Positions 61,470-64,000 of a stretch of DNA of 64,000 nucleotides are shown one piece after another. This stretch comes from Azolla caroliniana (lineage: Eukaryota; Plantae; Polypodiophyta): NCBI GenBank assembly GCA_043228905.1, contig JBHGNT010000002.1:5146001-5210000 (forward strand). The letters are read 5' to 3'. How positions within the stretch are numbered: the first letter of the stretch is position 1; each line of letters begins with the position of its first letter. The translations under genes were made by a program, and so were the position numbers. The notes beneath the pieces are model-generated. The model saw nothing but the letters and a program-made list of their open reading frames with translations. It did not search any database and was not told where the DNA came from.

Positions 61470-62261
61470 AGGGGGATTTCGTTGGGAATCTGGTCCCTCC
61501 AGATGGGGTAGGACAAGCCGAAGCAATAAGCCGGATTGGATGGACCCATAAGGATATCCGGAAGGTGGACCGGATGGACCGGAAGGGGTCCGGTCAAATC
61601 CGAGGTGAACTATGAGAAGGAACATATTGGTAAATATGTTCCTATGTGCCTTTGAGGCCATATTTGTAAATAGCCCCAAAGTTATATAAGTATAAATATA
61701 ACTAGGATAATATTGTTGAGATAGAGTTGTGATCATTCTTATTATTGTATATAGAGAGAGATATATACAAAAAGGCGTTCTTGTTGTATCGCCGATTGGG
61801 TGAACATACAGAGTGTGTGGTCGTTGCCTCTATGACTCTTACTGTAATACCTCTTCTCTATAGTGATCCTGTTCGAAGTTAGAAAACTCCCGTGGTTTTT
61901 CCTGTTTAGGGTTTCCACGTTAATATACTGTGTTGATTTATTTCCTGTTTTTATTTGTTTCTTCCATTGGACCTCAGTTGTGGCCGAGAGCGATTCCTCT
62001 CAAACATGATCATTTTGGTCAACATCAAGTTGGTTAGCAACAAAAAATGTAGCTAAGCATATGTAGAACTGGTTGTTCAAGTATGATGAACATTTGTTGG
62101 GTAGAACCTCTTATGTTGTGGGATCTTCTATTGTCATGAGTAGTGGCAATTGTTGATGCAATGAATATGTGCAAGTGGGTGATTAAATGTGAGGGCTTCT
62201 CTAAGTATAACTTCTACTAGTCATAGTCCCTTCCATTTTAAGTGTTGTGAGGTGATCATGA

Positions 62262-62263
<2 letters not shown>

Positions 62264-62326
<63 letters not shown>
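62264..62326. repeat. (TG)n microsatellite
   Basis: Directly visible perfect run. Confidence 0.95.
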
Positions 62327-62328
<2 letters not shown>

Positions 62329-62859
62329 AGTAGGGAAACATGAAGGTGATGGTACTCACTAAGCCTAAAGATAACATTCCTCACAAATTTGGACTAGCAT
62401 GGAGTTTGGTCAAGAGAAGCAATTGAATGGGTGATGTGGAAAAAGACGATGCTTTTATTAAGGAAATAAGGGGTATATCATGATCGTATGTTAGTAGATG
62501 TAATTGGTCAAATTTACCTTCAAGATGTTGATGTTTCTGTGTATCTCCATCTTGATTGTCATCATATAGGGTGATCGTTGTGGCCTTCAACTATTGGTGA
62601 CTTAGTTTCAACTACTCATACTCTTGCTTCTTTGGAACCCATCGATGTGTATTTGATTGGTTCACTTTGGTATTGCACAAAAGACCTTGAGTTTCATCGA
62701 CATAACTTGGGTAAAACATAGAAAGCATTAATTGATCATTTGTCTTGGGTGTAGAATGCACAAACTTCTCACACTCTTCAACTAAGTAAATGCCTTTTGT
62801 AGAGAACACATGTTTGGCTATAGCAAAGCTAAGTAAAGTGTATCTTGTTTGGGTTAGGA

Positions 62860-63022
62860 TGAATTATTAGTGTCCTTGGTGCAACAATGAGGTCAATGTA
62901 ACAAGGCTACCCGATGTATATCTTATTTGGTTTAGGATGATGTATATCTTATTTGGTGCAACAATGAGGTCAATGTAACAAGGCTACCTGATGTATATCT
63001 TATTTGGTGTTCTTGGTGCAAC
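62860..63022. repeat. Short tandem duplication (~50-78 bp)
   Basis: GGTGCAACAATGAGGTCAATGTAACAAGGCTACC.GATGTATATCTTATTTGGT occurs at ~62878 and ~62955. Confidence 0.8.
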
Positions 63023-64000
63023 AAGACCAACTATCTCTAATGTTCATGTTGCGACCATGGTAGCCTTGTTTCCTTGTTTTTTCTCTTGTCTTTCCTTCAT
63101 TAAGCTTTGGGTTGACGAGTGGCCACTTGTTAGCCAATCATCTTATCAACTATCTCCAATACTTTTGCATTGCTTGTTGATGCAATGAGGGAGGTTGAGG
63201 TTTAGTCATATCGTAAGTTTTCAAAGACCAATTTTTCCTACAATTGGATTATTGTGGTTCTTTTGTAGCCTATATCATTTTTCCATTTAACCATGTCCCC
63301 ATTCAGCCTATAATGATCTTCCTTTCCTTGTAACACCCCTTAGATTATTCTTTGCATACATCGTTGAGCTAGATTAGCATGATTCCATAATCAAGCTATA
63401 TTTGTATTGGCATTTGATGCACAATGGAAATCCATTTGTAGCTTGACTTGTTCCAAGGTAGGTAAGGAATCAATTTCTATAAGAGTTATTGTGGTAGTTT
63501 CCAAGTTTTGGAGTGGGTTAAGTCAGTCTTATTATTTAAAGTGGTGGTGATGGTTATGTGGTGCAAACAAAGGGAAGCTCAACCAAGGGATGTCTTCAAT
63601 CATCTTCATGGTTTAGCATGGCTTCTCTTGTCATCTATTGTGGTGGAGTTGAGAAATGATTTGGCCGAGTACATACCTCATCATGAGGAAGATCACTTGG
63701 TGGTGTATGTTATTGGAACTTGTGCTTTGGGTATGTTGTCCTTTCTTCAATTAGTGGTGTAATTCCTTCCTTCTACCATAGGGACGCTCTAAGTTTTGAT
63801 CTAAATGTGGATGGGGTATTTTTTTCTCTAGTGTTAGGTGGTTCCATAATGCCCTTGTGATCATTGTGTTGTTGCTTCTTAGGTTGCTTATCATGATAAA
63901 ACTAGGTGTGTCATCCTCTATTATCCAACAAATCTATTTTACATGTTCGTATGATGAGAGCCTCAATGCAACTTTGTAGGCTATGGTATTTGAAGGTGGT

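Larger units (their letters stand above)
31753..62002 (+). mobile_element. Copia Y (Tnt1/Tork-like), degenerate outer element of the nest; 5' LTR split (31753-31980 + 51496-51787), 3' LTR 61480-62002
   Basis: 5-bp TSD AACAT at 31748-31752 and 62003-62007. Both LTR halves align with the 3' LTR. PBS TGGTATCAGAGC (tRNA-iMet) 51791-51802; gag/PR 51840-52940; IN-RT-RH 59398-61469 with many stops and deletions; PPT GAAGGGGGA ~61468. Confidence 0.92.

Noticed and set aside
62340-64000. Possible further retroelement relic at the right end
   Set aside because: Composition suggests decayed TE, but no motif could be read confidently.

Overview
Eukaryotic land-plant nuclear DNA, probably a seed-free plant such as a fern (inferred from the TE lineages, not proven). 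The left half (1-28.5 kb) has the 3' end of a Ty1/copia element and three host genes. These are a 6-exon CCR4-NOT subunit 10 (NOT10) gene with a 2-kb uninterrupted last exon, a divergent C-terminally truncated ALY/REF-like RRM gene preceded by a telomere-like array, and an intronless DUF868 gene. The right half (28.6-62 kb) is a truncated Tcn1-like gypsy followed by a 30-kb retroelement nest that can be fully resolved from TSDs. Copia Y (TSD AACAT) has its 5' LTR split at a (GA)n tract by a LINE. The LINE contains copia X (TSD TGGAG), which contains gypsy A, whose 3' LTR contains gypsy B. Copia Y also holds a chromovirus that carries a MITE-like insert. Most notable signals: (1) the gypsy A/B family is tRNA-Trp primed, has a 4-bp ACGT target duplication at both insertions, and has a covarying -1 frameshift pseudoknot between protease and RT; (2) two chromoviruses have different PBS sequences, each complementary to its own predicted transcript 5' end (Tf1-type self-priming); (3) the LINE sits in a microsatellite. 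All coordinates were read by eye and may be off by a few bases.
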